DNA from: Pseudogymnoascus verrucosus
Taxonomy: Eukaryota
Length of the DNA: 64,000 nucleotides
Direction: 5' to 3' (one strand)
NCBI GenBank assembly: GCA_001662655.1
Contig: KV460209.1
A program made the position numbers and the translations under genes. Positions 1 to 11,856 of this stretch are shown here, piece after piece. Each line of letters opens with the position of its first letter. The stretch's first letter is position 1. The notes beneath the pieces were generated by a model. The model was not told where the DNA came from. It worked only from the letters and a program-made list of their open reading frames with translations, and ran no database searches.

Positions 1-1120
1 CAAAGGAGGCTTGAAGGACACACCAATTGACGACCTGCTTATAGCTATCCTAACTCAAGTTCGTGAAAAATCAAAGTTAGACCCAAGCCTCGTTGAGGAT
101 GTCTGTGTTGGCAACTGCCTTGGTAGCGGTCAAGCCTATGTTGCCCGCTCAGCCGTCCTGGCTGCGGGGTTCCCTATCACCACCGCTGCTTCAATAGTCA
201 ACCGCTTCTGTTCATCTGGCCTTCTTGCCATCCAAGGTATCGCCAATCAGATCTCGGCCGGATCTATCGATGTTGGTGTTGCCGTTGGTGCTGAGTCCAT
301 GTCCACAACTCCAGATGGTGGCGCACCAAAGATGAGCGATAAGATCATGAATCACCCAATTGCATCGCAGAACCAGATGTCTATGGGGTATACTTCTGAG
401 GAAGTTGCTGGCCAATTTGATGTTAGCCGCCAGGCGATGGATCAGTTTGCGGCCGAGTCATATCAAAAGGCCGAGAAAGCACAGAAGGAGGGTTGGTTCG
501 ACGACGAGATCACTCCCATCGTTGTCACAATAAAGGATCCAAAGACCGGAGAGGCAAAGCAAGTCACCGTCAGCAAGGACGATGGTATTCGATATGGCAC
601 CACGGCTGAATCCCTAGGCAAAATCCGCAACGCGTTCCCCCAGTGGAAACCAAGTCGTACCACCGGCGGTAACGCCTCTCAAATAACTGATGGTGCGGCT
701 GCTGTTCTCCTGATGAAGCGCTCGCGCGCAATAGAGCTCGGTCAACCGATAGTTGGAAAGTTCGCCGGCTCTACAGTTGTTGGTCTTGAACCAAGGATTA
801 TGGGTATCGGCCCAAGTTATGCCATTCCAAAGATTTTGGGCAAGGTTGGGCTGGCCAAGGAGGATATCGACGTCTTTGAAATCAATGAGGCTTTCGCATC
901 TATGGGTGTTTATTGTGTGGAGAAATTAGCTCTGGATAAGAAAAAGGTTAACCCACGAGGTGGTGCTATTGCCTTGGGTCATCCTCTTGGCTGCACCGGT
1001 ACTCGTCAAGTGGTGACTGCGTTGTCGGAGTTAAGGAGGCAGGATAAGAGAATTGCGGTTACATCTATGTGTGTCGGGACTGGGATGGGTATGGCTGGAA
1101 TCTTCGTTTCGGAACATTAA
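1..1120 (+). CDS. 3-ketoacyl-CoA thiolase (peroxisomal type), 5' end lies upstream of the window
   Basis: Thiolase motifs NRFCSSGL (catalytic Cys), NASQITDGAA, EINEAFA, GGAIALGHPLG, SMCVGTGMG; frame open from the window edge; TAA ends at 1120. Confidence 0.95.
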   Translation, partial: KGGLKDTPIDDLLIAILTQVREKSKLDPSLVEDVCVGNCLGSGQAYVARSAVLAAGFPITTAASIVNRFCSSGLLAIQGIANQISAGSIDVGVAVGAESMSTTPDGGAPKMSDKIMNHPIASQNQMSMGYTSEEVAGQFDVSRQAMDQFAAESYQKAEKAQKEGWFDDEITPIVVTIKDPKTGEAKQVTVSKDDGIRYGTTAESLGKIRNAFPQWKPSRTTGGNASQITDGAAAVLLMKRSRAIELGQPIVGKFAGSTVVGLEPRIMGIGPSYAIPKILGKVGLAKEDIDVFEINEAFASMGVYCVEKLALDKKKVNPRGGAIALGHPLGCTGTRQVVTALSELRRQDKRIAVTSMCVGTGMGMAGIFVSEH

Positions 1121-1463
1121 TCAGTAAATGAGCACTAAAGAAGTACAATAAGTGTATAGTAATGATAAAATTGTGGCCCTATTATGAGATGACAGCGATG
1201 GATGCGTTGGGGGGGTTTTGAGGCATGGATAATGTTTTATAAAAACGTTCGCTTTAGACTTGATTATCATAGGATATTTTACATGAAGCTATATTTACAA
1301 TGATCGTATATTATATATTGGGTTGCTGGTATTTGGTTGCTGTATCAAACGTTCTATTATAATTATCACAGTTTCTTCGTATAACACTCCATGGTGTAAG
1401 GTGCAGAATCTGGCAAATGCTCGGTATGTAACTGTATATTTACTCTGCCATCTACCATTCCGC

Positions 1464-3033
1464 TTATAAAGTATACTTGTAATCAGGATGATGATCGCCC
1501 AACGCCTCCCTTTGTTCTTCCAATGACAGGTGTGCAACATCCCTCAGTAAGTGCTCCCTGTGGCTCACCTTCTTCCGGTTCAGAGATTTAAGCCAAACCA
1601 GGTTCGCTGCTAGCAATGCTACCGTCACTACGCAGAAAGACAGGTTGAGCTTTGCTGCAAACGCGTATTGTGGAGCGTCTTTCTTAGGATATATCCATGT
1701 GCTGAGAATGCCGCCCGCGTTGGTCATGATGAAGCCAAGAGCGACTGCCGTGGCGCGTCGCGTATGGGAGGCTGAGTTGTTGGGGATCCAGGATATCATA
1801 GATGGTGCAGAGGAATATACGCCAATAATCAAGAAGCACAGTGCCGTATACTTCTGTCCAAAACCTTTGGCGGTTAGGAAGAGCGAAAAGCCGACAATAG
1901 CGACTAGTGTGGTGGCTATCGCAGTTAGGCCTCGCTGCTTGTAGTGATCTGCCGTATAAGCCGAGATCATCGTGACGATGAAAGCTAAGACGAAAGGAGG
2001 TACGGTGAGAAGCTGCGTATGGGTTGCGTTGAAATTGAGTGTCTGAACGATGGTAGGCGTGAAGTATGCCAGGCCAAAGAGACTGCAACCATTGCAGAAG
2101 AGGGCGATCACGTTTATCCACACATGGAGGTCTTTGAAAGTAGAGAGTAAAGATTTCCACGATAATTTGGCCCCCTCGACAGAGTTCGCATCGAGAGTAA
2201 GTCGGTAGTCGCAGTGGTCGGCGTGTGCCTTCGTAAAAGTCTTCACACCTTGTGGATTATTTGGCATGGCCCAGAAACATAGGGATGCGAAACAGACGGT
2301 AAAGAGCCCTTCCAGGAGAAAAATCCACTGCCATCCGTGCATGTTGCCAATTCCATTCATTTGCTGAATGCCGGCGGCAAGGAGACCAGAGAAGGCGCCA
2401 GAGAGAGCGGCGGCGGAGAAAAAAAGGGCAATCCTGACTTGCAGTTCATGAGGCCGGTAGAAGCCAGATAGATACAGGACAATGCCCGGGAATAGGCCAC
2501 CTTCGCAGAGACCAAGAAAGAAGCGACATGCAAGAAGGCCTGAGTATGTCTTTATCTGGGACTGAAGGGTTGTCACAATGCCCCATGCCAGCACCATCCC
2601 TGGAAGCATTATCCGGGGTCCGATCTTCTTGAGGATGAGATTCGACGGTAACTCAGCCGCAATATATGGCACGTAGGTAACGGTGATTGCTGACAAGGGT
2701 GTTAGTCCCTGAAGCCTTCCATATATCTTTATTGAGGAAAGAAGGGGGCTTACCAATTTGATATTGGGTATCGGAGATTCCAAGGTCCTTCTGGAGGCCA
2801 GCAACACGAGCGTTTCCAATATTTGCCCGATCTAGAAACGCCAATAAATACATCGAAGCCACAAGAGGAACCAGCAGAATATCCAGCCTAAACAATGTTT
2901 TCTTGTCAAGTACAGGGTCAAAGTAGGGCGTCAGACCCTCGTCAGACTTAGAGTTTGGCATAGCGCTTTCGTTGCGGGCCATCTCCAGTTGGTCTATATC
3001 CATCTTACCATTCGTAGTATCGGCGGTTGTCAT
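1464..3033 (-). CDS. MFS transporter, anion:cation symporter / allantoate-nicotinate permease family
   Basis: LDRANIGNAR, RFFLGLCEGGLFPG, GWQWIFLLEG; one intron 2753-2690 (GTAAG..ACTAAC..CAG) joins YQI-AITV in frame. Confidence 0.92.
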
Positions 3034-4889
3034 GACGATGATTAGGCCCAGGAAGAGTTATGTAAACGACGGCAACTACAAGTCATAGAAGGTAAAAGAG
3101 GTTCTCAAGAGAAGAATAGAATGTCACAGGTCGCTTCCTTGGTGGTGACACGACGCTATGATAGACGTGGCATAAGAGGGATGATGAGAGGTCTTATGCT
3201 TTGGACGAGGCCTGACAGCTACCTCAATCCGCGTCTGTGGAACAGGCGAGACATTGTTTCTCTCAATCAATTCTCCAGTGAAGGAAGCCAATAGTGAGGC
3301 ACCATAGTGTCCCAACCGAAAAGCGTCACAACCGAGGACTGTCACAACCGAGATCGATGAGGATACTACGATAGAAGTAGTGTGGGGAAGTGGGGAAATA
3401 AAAAGTATATTCTACTTCGGTGATAGTACAGAGGAGAATGGGTTGGCAGTTGCAGTTGGGCCCACCTTACCCCGCACCAGCGAGTATATTGTACTGGGAT
3501 ATGAACTCGGCATGTCGCATCATAGACTTCTCCACGCGTGCTATAGAGAATGGAAAATAGATACTAACCGCAGTCGGAATACGGCCCTTAGCTGATGTGT
3601 TATTATTTATTTCCTATTCGATAATATCCCTAGAGCCTGGTTGTCTGCGAGGCTAATATAGTCTTCGTAGTATTTGACGGAGTGGTTCGGCATGTTTAGA
3701 CTTTCGACCCGGCATCTATCTTCGGTCGCGAATCGACACTACAGTCCACTATATTTAATATTCTTATCTACAACGTATATACTATGACTCTCGTTAAATA
3801 CTTCCTACGCCGAAGTACGTTCTCTTGACACGGCCGTTCTGGAATATTATTTATTTGCTAGCTACTCTATGTGGCCTTTCCCCCATATACAAAAATAATG
3901 ACTGAGCACATGGGCATCTTCCTAGTCTATGGAAGTGGCTTCGCCAGGATCCTCTACGCGGCAGGAACTGTTTGTGGTGAAGTGTAAGGAGGCGGTGGTG
4001 GCGGCGCAAAAGATTTATAATAATTGTAATTATGACAATGTCAAGCAGTGGACAGGGCAGTATATGGTGGATGGGTCGGTGATTGAAGTTTTTGCATCGC
4101 CGCAGGTGGGATGGAGTTGGAGAAGTGAGGAAGAGGACGACGAATCAAACCATTGACTTCGTAAATTCCAGTACCTCTTCTACCATTAGGCCCGTGATTG
4201 AGGAGATAACTAAAAATACATTCATATATAGAAATAATAAATAGAGATAGGAATAATCTGCCAGAAAGGATAATGGATAATTCTCTGTACTTGCTTTTTT
4301 ATATAACAGGAAAAAATACATAAAAAACACAAATACAGTAAGTGTTCTCTAGTTCTCACCCGCTCAACTACCAATACAACGATTTTAACTTTTTAATAGA
4401 TTGGCAGCAGGAGCAGGAGCAGGAGCAGGAGAGGAGCAGAAGACGAGCAGGAGACCGAGTTGGACCAGGCGCTAGTGGCAGAACTAGGGACCCAACTAGT
4501 GACGGAGTTGGAACAGCGCTAGAGACGGAAGCTAGAGACAGAGTAGACGGAGCTGGAGATATAGTTGGAGATTGAGTTGGAGACAGAGCTGGGGGCGGAG
4601 GCGGGGCTGGCGGTTATGTTATATGTTATTACCAAAGACTGCAAACGGCGTACTGATGTGCAATGCATCGTGTATCAGTCCACCTCTATTCGAACTCAAC
4701 CACTATCAATTTAGATTTAATATTCAATTACGTCACGGATGACGTCGACTCGTTAAAGCTTCAAACGTGCCTCATCATCTAGGGTTCGCCCATTAGTCAA
4801 AAGGCCAAATATATAACGGGGAGCGTCGCCTAGAGAAAAGGCAGCCTGTACTCGACCAATCTCATTCAGAACGACGACTCGACGCAATT

Positions 4890-5771
4890 ATGTCAAACTC
4901 ATCAGATCGCGCCCCAGTAGCAGACCAGGCCGAGGCTGACGCCTGGTTTCCGTCTCCATACTCCCTCACACTGTATACTTCTACGAAGACGGATTTTGAT
5001 TCCGCCAACTATCCAAATGCATATACTGGCGGCAAGTGGAAGATTCTCCTCATCGCCACGCAGGAGCGATACCTGAAGATGGCGGATGGCAAGTTTTTTT
5101 CGACGGGCAACCACCCAGTTGAAATGCTTTTGCCGTTGCTCCACCTCGACGCCGCCGGCTTCGAGATTGACATAGCCACCATCTCAGGAAACCCGGTGAA
5201 GCTCGAGATGTGGGCGTTTCCGCAGGAGGACGAGGCTGTCAAGGGCATCTATGAGAAGTATAAGGAGAAGATTCGCAGCCCGCTCAACCTACATGATGTG
5301 TGGGGTAAGGGGTTCACAAAGGATACGCCGTACATTGGAACCTTCATCCCTGGTGGCCACGGCGCGATGAACGATGTCCCATTTTCGGAGACTGTTGGTA
5401 AGATCCTGCGATGGGGAGACGAGAATCAGCGCTTCTTAATTACACTCTGCCATGGCCCGGCGGGCATGCTTGCCGCCGATGTTGGCAAGCCCAAAGGCAG
5501 CAAGTTCATCTACGACGGCTACGAAATTGTCGTCTTCCCCGATTCGTTAGACACCAACGCAAACGTCGACATAGGCTATATCCCTAGCAAAATGCCATGG
5601 TATGTTGGCGAGAGACTTCGAAAGCTCGGCATCAAGCTCCGAAACAATAGCATCACCGGCGAGACGCATAGGGACCGATATGTTATTACGGGAGACTCGC
5701 CGTTGGCATCGAACAACCTCGGCAAGCTCGCCGCCAATGCGCTCCTCGAGGACGTCGCCAAGCGTACATAA
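4890..5771 (+). CDS. hchA: Hsp31/HchA-type glyoxalase III (DJ-1/PfpI superfamily), intronless
   Basis: Co-linear with E. coli HchA as recalled: FPSPYSL, ERYL, FSTGNHPVE, IPGGHG, LCHGPA (catalytic Cys), TGDSPLASNNLGKLAA. Confidence 0.9.
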   Translation: MSNSSDRAPVADQAEADAWFPSPYSLTLYTSTKTDFDSANYPNAYTGGKWKILLIATQERYLKMADGKFFSTGNHPVEMLLPLLHLDAAGFEIDIATISGNPVKLEMWAFPQEDEAVKGIYEKYKEKIRSPLNLHDVWGKGFTKDTPYIGTFIPGGHGAMNDVPFSETVGKILRWGDENQRFLITLCHGPAGMLAADVGKPKGSKFIYDGYEIVVFPDSLDTNANVDIGYIPSKMPWYVGERLRKLGIKLRNNSITGETHRDRYVITGDSPLASNNLGKLAANALLEDVAKRT

Positions 5772-6418
5772 ACCATTTATATACTAATCCACCTACCTCA
5801 AGAAATTCTCTGGATTAGTCACATGAAACTGTAACTATAAAGACACAACGCCAACAACCAAATTATTTTCTTATATCTCACCCATAAATTCATAGGTCGT
5901 GATTTTATGGATTGATTTCTCAATTGTCAAGGATACAAAACATCCAAAGTGGTACTGTGGCCCCGGCCCCAGCCTTTGCCGAGCCAGACTCCAAGACAAA
6001 GGCGGGTTTCAGGAGCGTCGCATAAACCGGCCCGCCCCCTAACTTGTGAACTCCCACCACCAAAAGTTCCGTCTGTCTGATACAAATTTTCGACTTCAGG
6101 CAAGCCATCACGTTACAGCTACGCTTAGTCGTTATGGGCCTCGGACTTGTGGAGATGAATCGGGAAGGTGAAGTTTAGAGAGGATGGATATGAAGGTCCA
6201 AGTACCCCGTTTTCTACCTTTCATATTTCTTCTGTCTTGTTCGCTCTCTGGTTTTCGATTGTGTCAATTCTTTTCTTTGTGGCTGGCCATCTTCTTTCTT
6301 CGAGTCTAGAGTCTGCGACTTCTTTTTTTACCTACCTACTCGACTATTTTCGGCCACTTCTCACCACGTCTAAAAACCATCACTCAACACTCGAAGCCCC
6401 AGTTCCAAGAACCTCAAA

Positions 6419-6898
6419 ATGCACTTCCCACTCTTCATCACAGCCCTTCTCTTCCTCGCCCCCCTCACCTTCGCCCTCCCCTCCCCCTCACCAAACGCCA
6501 ACCTCGAAATTCGCCAACAACAACAAGCCCCCATCCAAACCATAACGTGCGCGGACTACTCCCGCATCGCAAACTACACCGCCATCAACAGCAATTCCTC
6601 ACTCCGAGCCGCCTTCCTCCAAGCCTCGCCCCAAGGCACCGATCCCACACGCGTCATCCTCGATCGCGCCTCAGTGGAGTTCACCGCGAAGAATCTGAAG
6701 TTCGATCAGGCGCTCAATGCGCAGTGTGGGAATCTGAGTACGGTGGCGTTTAGGGAGGTGAATTCGAATTTCTCACAGGGTGTGGTGGCGGGGTGGAAGG
6801 TTGTGGCGCCGGTTGGGGCGGTGATTGGGGCTGGGAGGGAGGTGTGGTGTGTAGTTGTTTTTGTTGTGATGTATATTGGGTTTGGGGCGAGTTTGTAG
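6419..6898 (+). CDS. Small secreted, possibly GPI- or membrane-anchored protein of unknown function
   Basis: Signal peptide MHFPLFITALLFLAPLTFA, Cys pair, N-glycosylation sequons, hydrophobic C-terminus. Confidence 0.7.
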   Translation: MHFPLFITALLFLAPLTFALPSPSPNANLEIRQQQQAPIQTITCADYSRIANYTAINSNSSLRAAFLQASPQGTDPTRVILDRASVEFTAKNLKFDQALNAQCGNLSTVAFREVNSNFSQGVVAGWKVVAPVGAVIGAGREVWCVVVFVVMYIGFGASL

Positions 6899-7437
6899 AG
6901 AGAGAGGGTGAAGGCGGGAAGGCTGTTATGGCGGTGGTGTTTGGTTAGAACTCATGGTGGTAATTGGTTTCTGGGTATGATTATGTGAAGGCTGGGACTT
7001 CGATTGGGAGGAGATGTGTGGAATAATAGGACTATATCATATATCAACACCGATGCACGCCTTCTTCTCTAGTTCTCCAGATCTTACACCTAACGTGGTC
7101 CACAGAGCACTTATCTGATCTTAACGCAGGAGCCGAGACCGAGGGACTTGTTACTAGCTAACAGCCTGAGCAAGGGCATATGCCGTTGTGATGGTAGCCA
7201 AATAACTCATTATTATTTGCCGCCCGAGACATGGCATCCGACTGGGGGTGGGTGTCCCCTTGGGATCGGCGATTATTTCTCTTCTTTGGCCAGCCAGCAG
7301 CATCCTGGGGATGGTTAGTAAGCCACCCCACCCGCCTTGCTGTTGTTGGATCCAATGTCGACATCTCAATATCATACCTAACCTACGGGGACTATTACAG
7401 TAAAAGAGGAGATATTGTCAGGCCGAACACCTTTAGA

Positions 7438-8396
7438 ATGGCATATACAGAGACTCCTGATTCCCACCGAACGTGCGCTACTCTCCTCCCGCAAATCCCC
7501 ATCTAGATACCACTGACTTCCCAAGCATCCTAATCGTCCTAACAGCCCTTTCATTTCTTCCCCAGCTTTACCAGCTTTGGTCCAAAAAAGACAGCAAAGG
7601 CATCTCCATCAGCTACGTCCTAGCCAACCTCCTCGTCGCAACTGAGCAATTAACGCTCGTGACATACGTGACAATAAATGTCCCTGAATCAGCCGGGGGA
7701 TCCTTCACCCACGACCCCCTGAGCACCGGCGACTGGCTCAATCTTGTCCAAACCCTCGTGACCTGGCTTCTATTCCTAGTCCTGTAAGTCTTTCCCCCCA
7801 GCACCCACCTCCCGCACACCCACCCCTAGCTCGGCCCACCTAGCTTTTCCCTATGCCTCCACCTCTCCCCCCCTCGTCACAACAGCCGCCCATACATCAA
7901 TATGTACGCCCTATTCCTCCCCATCTCCCTTATTCCCGAGGCAATCGACCTAGTGGGCGGAACCCCCAACAGCACCTCCTGGCCGCGACAGGACTACCAA
8001 CAGATGTTTGCCTTCTTTCACGCCATCCTCATCAACCCGATCGTCACACTTATTGGGGCTCTTTCGTTCTTCTTCCAGGCGGCCCAGACACAGCACTACC
8101 ATGCTAAACAGTCCGCGCTCAGCCTCTGGGGACTCGCGGTGCAGACGGTGGTGTTTGCGCTCGTGGCGACGTCGTGGGTGTGGCGAGTCGTCTATGCCGA
8201 GGCGTGGGATCCGCTTTTTGGGAGTGACGGGTTCTGGCACTGGTATTTCAGCTATGGATATCCGGTTGTGGTTAATGGGGTGTTTGCTGCTGTTCAGTTT
8301 GGCCTGCTTTTGTTTGTGGTCTGGAGGAGGTGGGGGAGGGTTGGGGAGGGGGGTAAAGGCGGGGATGGCGAGACTGAGCCTCTATTGGGTCCCTGA
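7438..8396 (+). CDS. PQ-loop-like multi-pass membrane protein
   Basis: SFLPQL...KKDSKGIS.SY PQ-loop-like motif; introns 7473-7525 and 7784-7843 join three exons in frame; C-terminal acidic dileucine-like ETEPLL. Confidence 0.75.
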
Positions 8397-9010
8397 TCGT
8401 CATGGCAGAAGGGCGGCTGATTTTTTTTTGGGTTACTGTGGAGGACTGTGGCTGGTTTTAAATTGAACCAAGACTGACAACGAGAAGGACACCATATCGA
8501 CACAGAAACGTTGTATCGTCTCACCCAGCTCGCCCTGCCCACCCTCGCCTTGCCCCACGATCGCCCTTGAGGTGGCAAGGGGCTTATATCCCACGGCCCT
8601 CCTATTTATCGGAATGGAGATTGTTTAAGTAAGGATACATATTATAAGACGGCCTCTTAACCATAGGTAAAGTAAGCTACATAGTGATTAATGAAATTAG
8701 ATAAAAATACTTATCCCTTTCATTATTATTTTTTCGCTATGAGGTAGAAAGTAAGGTGTATAACTTCTTAATTATAACTTAGTCTTCTTTGGGCAATATA
8801 CATGCTATTAACAGACAAAACGGAACAGAATAGTCACCATGAGCATGGGAATCTGACCTAGTAGTCAGCGAACCCTGCGCGCACGAGCAGCGAGACGGTA
8901 AGGACGAAATAATAACCTTTCGCTTTTTTTCCATCCCACTGGAATAGTTTACGACTCCTGGACTTCGCGGAGAGCAGGACTTCCCACTCTCATCCCATGT
9001 CATCATCAAT

Positions 9011-10216
9011 CTAACTAGCTAGCGGCGCATGGCAAGTTGACAACTGGCTCGTAGTCGGGACTGTCTCGATTGTATCGACAGCCGCATGCACAATAAGATA
9101 TATCCCAGTGGAGCAAGTCGGCACCTTCAGCGCACCCGCCGGCGTGGTAAATGTCGACATCCCCGTGCCGGCCAACTTCTCGTTGCTGTACGCATACTGT
9201 CCCGGCGCACACTTCTTGAATGGCATGCAACCGATATCGACATGGACCTGGTCAGGATAATACGGCCCGGTGAGCGCATACGTGACAGAGACGGCTGTAC
9301 CTTGCGACTTCGCCGACCAGGTGCCTACATTCGTTGCCTTGCTGATGACGTTGCCGCCGGCACCAACGTAGAGCGGGCCGCCGATTCCGGCACTGAGCTG
9401 CGCGGCTGTGGGTGTGACGTACCAACCCCAGCGGTTGCAGGTATTGGGCTTGGGGACAAGGGAGTTAAGGGCTGGAGAGAGCGGGGAGGTGCTGTATCCG
9501 AAGGCCGTGCCGACGGAACAGTACCTGACAGTTGGCGGCGGGGGAGGGGGCGGGGGCGTGTATGGGCACTTGGTGCAGCGGTAGGTGAGCACCCAGTATG
9601 TGTTGGGGTAGTAGGACGTGCAGGCTGGGTAGTCGGTGCAGGAGAGACGTCCTGTGGCTGAGACTGCGCCCGAGGCGCCGGTCAGTTGGGCATTGGTGTA
9701 GAGGTAGAAGACATAGCCTTCGCGGTCGCCGTTCGGGCACATTTCCGCCAGCACGTCGAGCAGGGCGCCGCCAGGAACAATCGTGTCGTATGGGATATTG
9801 CAGGAGACCGTAGTCTGATCGGCCGAAATGGTGCAGAAGCCATTGCTAGTTGAGTACTGTGGTGTTGGCGTCGTGCTCGCGGGCGCTGACAGACCCAGCC
9901 AGATGTCGGCCTCGGTGTATGTGTATCCACTGACGGCGTTGTAGGTGAAGATCAGATTGGGGCCGTGGAAGTCGTAGCAGATCTTGGTCTTGGTGGTGCA
10001 GGTCGCTTGATCTCCCACGCATAGGTCCCAGCACATATCCTGTCGGAGATTCTCCAGCGGGAGTTGGAAATTATCCGCATCGGGGATTGGCACGCCTGAT
10101 GTGTCGGACGTACATAGGGTTGTGTCCCATCGCTTCGAAAGAGAAACGGCCGAGGCAGAGCTTTCACCGAGGAGCGTGGAAAGCGCGGCAACGAGAAGAG
10201 TCGAAGAGAGAAACAT
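9011..10216 (-). CDS. Secreted cysteine-rich two-domain protein with proline linker, intronless
   Basis: Signal peptide MFLSSTLLVAALSTLLG, Kex2-like KR site, many Cys, PYTPPPPPPPPT linker. Confidence 0.85.
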   Translation of the reverse strand: MFLSSTLLVAALSTLLGESSASAVSLSKRWDTTLCTSDTSGVPIPDADNFQLPLENLRQDMCWDLCVGDQATCTTKTKICYDFHGPNLIFTYNAVSGYTYTEADIWLGLSAPASTTPTPQYSTSNGFCTISADQTTVSCNIPYDTIVPGGALLDVLAEMCPNGDREGYVFYLYTNAQLTGASGAVSATGRLSCTDYPACTSYYPNTYWVLTYRCTKCPYTPPPPPPPPTVRYCSVGTAFGYSTSPLSPALNSLVPKPNTCNRWGWYVTPTAAQLSAGIGGPLYVGAGGNVISKATNVGTWSAKSQGTAVSVTYALTGPYYPDQVHVDIGCMPFKKCAPGQYAYSNEKLAGTGMSTFTTPAGALKVPTCSTGIYLIVHAAVDTIETVPTTSQLSTCHAPLAS

Positions 10217-11856
10217 GATGGGAGCCGACGCTGTAGTTTGCGCGGTGAGAGGAAGAAATACAGAATTGGGTGAGGATAGAAGAGAGGAGTATTGGAAGAG
10301 AATCCTCTTCGTTTTAAGTTTCCAAAGATGACATGACACCGACGCTTACTGACAACAGGTAATCAAAACAATGCCCAATGCACTTACCGCATAGGCAGTC
10401 TCATGAGTGAGCTGTCAATAACGGTACCATTTCAGCTACTTCGTTTGCGAGTCTCGACGCCTTGAAATCGATAGTTGAAGTGTCTGCCGTGTTATCCCGG
10501 CATTTCACTCGCAAGGTAGGGTCGAATCGAGATGGGTTTGTTTTCCGAAGTGCTTCATTGGCTTGGTGCTTCATTGGCTTGGCTAATCCAGCTGAAAGGC
10601 TTCTTTATTGAACGGCAAGCTCCACGACTCGTCCAGGGCTAACTATTCCAAGAGATTCGTAGCATGTCTAGTGAAAAAAGAGGCTGAGACAGCGGGTTCT
10701 GGGGGACCCTTTTCAGCCTTTGAGCAGGGCACGGTTGTGTTTAGTTGAGTTTAGTTGGATTTTAAGAGCTATCGCTCGCGCTGTGGTAGCCAAAGCGGTC
10801 TTCGCTTAGGCCAGAAAGACCTTCAAGTAAGAGTCTAGACCAAGGCACGTGCCTTACACGTGCCCATTTCCCGACGAAACAGCACTCACGGGGACTCCCG
10901 AGCTGAATGAACTTGATGCTACCCAGCAAGGCGTCGGGACTGAGCGCTGTGTTGTGCTTGTTCTTGTAGACCGCTATGTTCTCTGGACGGCATGTTACAG
11001 CAAAGAACAGCACACTTGTTTAATCATTCAAGGGAAACGGGCGATAGGGGTAGCTGAGAACTCTTCAGTTGTTAGTCAATGTCCCAGGCGCGTGCCTGAG
11101 CCCTACGACAATACCAGCCAGCCGTACGGCGATGACCATCTCGGAGCCTAACGAAACCTGTATTGTCAGTTCCCAATTCCCAATTCTTCTCGTGTTGGTG
11201 GGACCCTACCATGCACGGACGTATGGAGTGGACAGGATCGACACACACTAACTTAGTGCTGAGGGTACGAAGGTGTGGTACTTATTTAGAGCACCAGTAT
11301 TTTTATAATGGCCACATGGCACAGCATGGGTGGTGAGACTACTCTGGTTACTTGGACTGTTTAGATACTGCACCCACGATTAGTGTTTTCATGAGCGACT
11401 TGCTTGGGTGAGCGACTCGCTTGTGTAATACGTTAGCTATATATATGTAAATCTGTATAATTACATGTGGTGTGGGATTAATAAGACGGGCACGTGAATT
11501 GCGAGCTAAGAAACTGTGATTTCCGAGCGCGAACCACACTTGTAGAACTCTATGGGGCTACGGCCTTTACTTATGCCGTGGCCCCGAAGGCTATTCTACG
11601 TACGAAACAACTATAATACATCATAGGTTTCAGGATACGTGCCTGATTCTGCCTGAATTTCAGGGCCAGAATCACAAAACTCTAATGCGGGGGGAAGAGT
11701 CGGTAATCTAGGGATGCGGGGAGGACGACGACGAAGGGCGGCTGAGCGTGCAATTTGTGCGTTTAAGAGTGGAGGTTCTCACTCCCTAACATCATACTCT
11801 TCATAAACTGCGACCTCTCGACGGTTGTGGCATTTGGCGGACGCGTTTTTTGCAAG

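Noticed and set aside
3929..4620. 75-aa ORF and GAGCAG-rich degenerate repeats
   Set aside because: Possibly gene or TE relics, but no recognisable family
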